DNA from: Clostridia bacterium
Lineage (GTDB): Bacteria > Bacillota > Clostridia > TANB77 > CAG-465
Reading direction: 5' to 3'
Length of the DNA stretch: 64,000 bases
NCBI GenBank assembly: GCA_045652705.1
Contig: JAZRUV010000029.1
Span: 15,389 to 79,388 of the forward strand
Shown here: positions 62,062 to 64,000 of the stretch, piece by piece
Position numbering within the stretch: the stretch's first letter is position 1
How the letters are laid out: each line of letters opens with the position of its first letter
Made by a program: the position numbers and the translations under genes
The notes under the pieces: model-generated
The model's database searches: none
What the model was told of the DNA's origin: nothing
What the model saw: the letters and a program-made list of their open reading frames with translations, nothing else

Positions 62062-62613
62062 ATGGCAGAAAAAACATTTTGGGAGCGATTTAATGAAAGC
62101 TTGGAAAACCAAAAACGGTTAGTTGAAAGTACTGACTACTTTGACTGGCTGTATGAATTCACGAAAAAATATCCGAAGTTTACAGATACAGATTGGCTGT
62201 ATGATAGAGAGAGCATATCTGAAAGTGATTATAGTCAGGTAGAACTTCTTACAGATTTCTTTACAGCTGTTGACCAGTATCATAGAAGAAATCGCATGGG
62301 AGCAAATTCCGAGGGCTATGCAGCTTGGTATAACATTAAATACAAGGATGCATATTTTGCGATTGGTGTTCGTGTAGGACAAGGCGCCCAAAACTTTGTG
62401 ACAAGGTATAAACGGTATCAAGAGATGATTCCTGACCCCTTCATCGAGTTTGAGGCCATCTTGGAAAACAAAGAGAATCCTGGGCTTGCCGAAAAGAATA
62501 AAGCACTTCTGAGGTTGCAAATCGCAGCGAATGATCTTCGGACTTTGGGAGTACCTAGAGAAATTATAGAAAATACAATTAAGCAAGTTTTTGATAAAAA
62601 AGAAAATCCCTAG
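62062..62613 (+). CDS. Hypothetical protein (183 aa), cassette gene 2
   Basis: RBS aaggaggaa; same composition as gene 1; 16-nt intergenic spacing suggests co-transcription. Confidence 0.5.
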   Translation: MAEKTFWERFNESLENQKRLVESTDYFDWLYEFTKKYPKFTDTDWLYDRESISESDYSQVELLTDFFTAVDQYHRRNRMGANSEGYAAWYNIKYKDAYFAIGVRVGQGAQNFVTRYKRYQEMIPDPFIEFEAILENKENPGLAEKNKALLRLQIAANDLRTLGVPREIIENTIKQVFDKKENP

Positions 62614-62637
62614 TACATAAATAATTTAATCAAAATA

Positions 62638-62681
62638 ACGCTAAAACTGCGGTAGCAAATGCTATCGCAGTTTTAATGTTA
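62638..62681. terminator. Bidirectional terminator (aaaactgcggtagcaaatgctatcgcagtttt)
   Basis: 15-bp stem between the cassette and the convergent abrB-like gene. Confidence 0.7.
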
Positions 62682-62918
62682 TTTTGAAAGTTCTTTTTTG
62701 CAAGATTCACAAACAACTTTGTCTTTGAAATAACTAACGTTTGTAGAATCACCACAGAAGATACAGCATGGTTCATATTTTCTAAGTATAACACTGTCTC
62801 CTTCAACATAAATTTCCATTGGATCTTTTATTTGTATGTTTAAAGTTTTTCTAAGTTCCATAGGAAGAACAATTCTACCTAGTTCATCTATTTTTCTAAC
62901 TATTCCTGTTGATTTCAT
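62679..62918 (-). CDS. abrB: AbrB/SpoVT-family transition-state regulator with a C-terminal CxxC...CxxC extension
   Basis: MKSTGIVRKIDELGRIVLPMELRKTLNIQIKDPMEIYVEGDSVILRKY is collinear with the AbrB N-domain; the tail PCCIFCG...CESCKK is not found in B. subtilis AbrB. Confidence 0.75.
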   Translation of the reverse strand: MKSTGIVRKIDELGRIVLPMELRKTLNIQIKDPMEIYVEGDSVILRKYEPCCIFCGDSTNVSYFKDKVVCESCKKELSK

Positions 62919-63014
62919 ATTCTTTCCACCTCAAAAAAATAATAACACAAATTCATTCAAAATACAAGTATTACTTTGGATGAATGTAATAATTTGTAAA
63001 AAACAGTCGTTTTA

Positions 63015-63500
63015 TTAATGATGATAAGTTTCATTATTTAATATTTTAAAGTTTCTAAATATTTGTTCTAAAAGAAACATACGAATCATTTGGTGAGGGA
63101 AGGTAAGACGTGAGAATGAAATAGTTTCATTTCCTTTAGTTCTTACACTATCTGTTAGTCCCAAACTTCCACCAATAACAAAGTTTATAGTAGAGTTTCC
63201 CATAGTCATTACTTTATCTATCTTTTCGCTCAACTGTACAGATGTATATTCTTTGCCTTTTTCGTCTAATACAAAAGTATATGAATTAGGTGTGTTAAGC
63301 TTAGCAAGTATTGCATTTGCTTCTTTTTCTTTTACTATATTACAGTTACTTTCGTTTAAAGTAGAGGGAAGCCTTTCGTCTTTTAATTGTATAATTTCCA
63401 ATCTACAATATTTTGAAAGCCTTTTTACGTATTCGGATTGCATATCTTTAAGATAGCTTTCTTTTAAATCTCCAACACATATTATTTTAATATTTATCAT
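63015..63500 (-). CDS. rlmH: 23S rRNA (pseudouridine1915-N3)-methyltransferase RlmH
   Basis: SPOUT fold; IICVGDLKE...YVKRL...IGGSLG...LTFPHQM. Confidence 0.85.
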   Translation of the reverse strand: MINIKIICVGDLKESYLKDMQSEYVKRLSKYCRLEIIQLKDERLPSTLNESNCNIVKEKEANAILAKLNTPNSYTFVLDEKGKEYTSVQLSEKIDKVMTMGNSTINFVIGGSLGLTDSVRTKGNETISFSRLTFPHQMIRMFLLEQIFRNFKILNNETYHH

Positions 63501-64000
63501 AAGACATACTCCTCAAAAGATAAATCCCTAGTAGCACAGTTAATGTTAAAGTCATTTAAGTCAAACCCGTTTTCGGTTAGTGTAGTATTTACACTAAATA
63601 GAGCCTGCTCAGGTTCGTTATTGTTTTCGCTAATGTGTCCAAGTACAAAATCGCGTTTGCCACATTTAGCCAAATCTAGTATTAGATTTGCTGTATCATC
63701 GTTAGATAAGTGACCAATGTCACTTTGTATTCTACACTTAAGTGGATAAGTATAATTTCCATACATGAGTAGATTTCTATCATAGTTAGATTCAATTACA
63801 CAAAGGTTAGAATCTAATAAATGTTCATATACATTATCGCTAACATAACCTAAATCTGTTGCAATTGTAAGAGTGCTGTCTTCGTTTTGCAAAGTATATC
63901 CTACAGGGTCAGAGGCATCGTGCGACATTTTAAATGGGGTAACAGTTATATCTTGGACGTTGAAGCTTGTCTCAGGCGTAACTACATTAATATTAGGGGT
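63497..64000 (-). CDS. MBL-fold metallo-hydrolase (YycJ/WalJ-like), N-terminus beyond the window edge
   Basis: The open frame continues upstream of the listed Met (…TPFKMSHDASDPVGY…), typical of YycJ-type beta-lactamase-fold hydrolases; overlaps the rlmH start. Confidence 0.55.
   Translation of the reverse strand, partial: TPNINVVTPETSFNVQDITVTPFKMSHDASDPVGYTLQNEDSTLTIATDLGYVSDNVYEHLLDSNLCVIESNYDRNLLMYGNYTYPLKCRIQSDIGHLSNDDTANLILDLAKCGKRDFVLGHISENNNEPEQALFSVNTTLTENGFDLNDFNINCATRDLSFEEYVL

Overview
This is a low-GC Firmicutes (Clostridium-like) chromosomal window, almost all on the + strand and mostly housekeeping. In order it carries recG (5' partial), a Phd/YefM-RelE/ParE toxin-antitoxin pair, spoIVB, mtnN, the ylxM-ffh-rpsP-KH-rimM-trmD-rplS operon, rsmD, ftsK, a beta-CASP RNase, dapA, murC, tRNA-Leu(CAA), an Fe-type alcohol dehydrogenase, tspO, sleB-ypeB, a patatin-like phospholipase, spoIIID, pcrA, ddl, murF, ftsY, tdk, engB and serS. 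It continues with a gap-pgk-tpiA-gpmI-eno glycolytic operon that contains two inserted unknown genes, then an abrB-like regulator, rlmH and a partial MBL-fold hydrolase at the 3' edge. Directly after rplS, where lepB/rbgA/rnhB normally sit, lies an accessory island of about 8 kb. It holds a recombination-scrambled cluster of Bro-N/DinD-like and ORF6N genes with duplicated fragments, followed by the most striking feature in the window: three tandem structured noncoding RNA genes (about 13.39-14.91 kb). Each has its own sigma-A promoter and intrinsic terminator, a GC-rich unit-specific 5' domain, and a conserved 3' domain supported by compensatory base changes. An MBOAT/DHHW O-acyltransferase pair and a Cu/Zn superoxide dismutase complete the island. 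Other accessory-looking items are two tandem paralogous Cys-rich small proteins with foreign codon composition (4.5-5.2 kb), a GC-enriched two-gene cassette of unknown function after eno (61.1-62.6 kb), two proteins sharing a pilin-like N-terminus (one fused to an FGE/SUMF1-like domain), and a candidate small hydrophobic peptide gene in a structured leader (25.2 kb). No CRISPR array, rRNA or intact prophage was seen.
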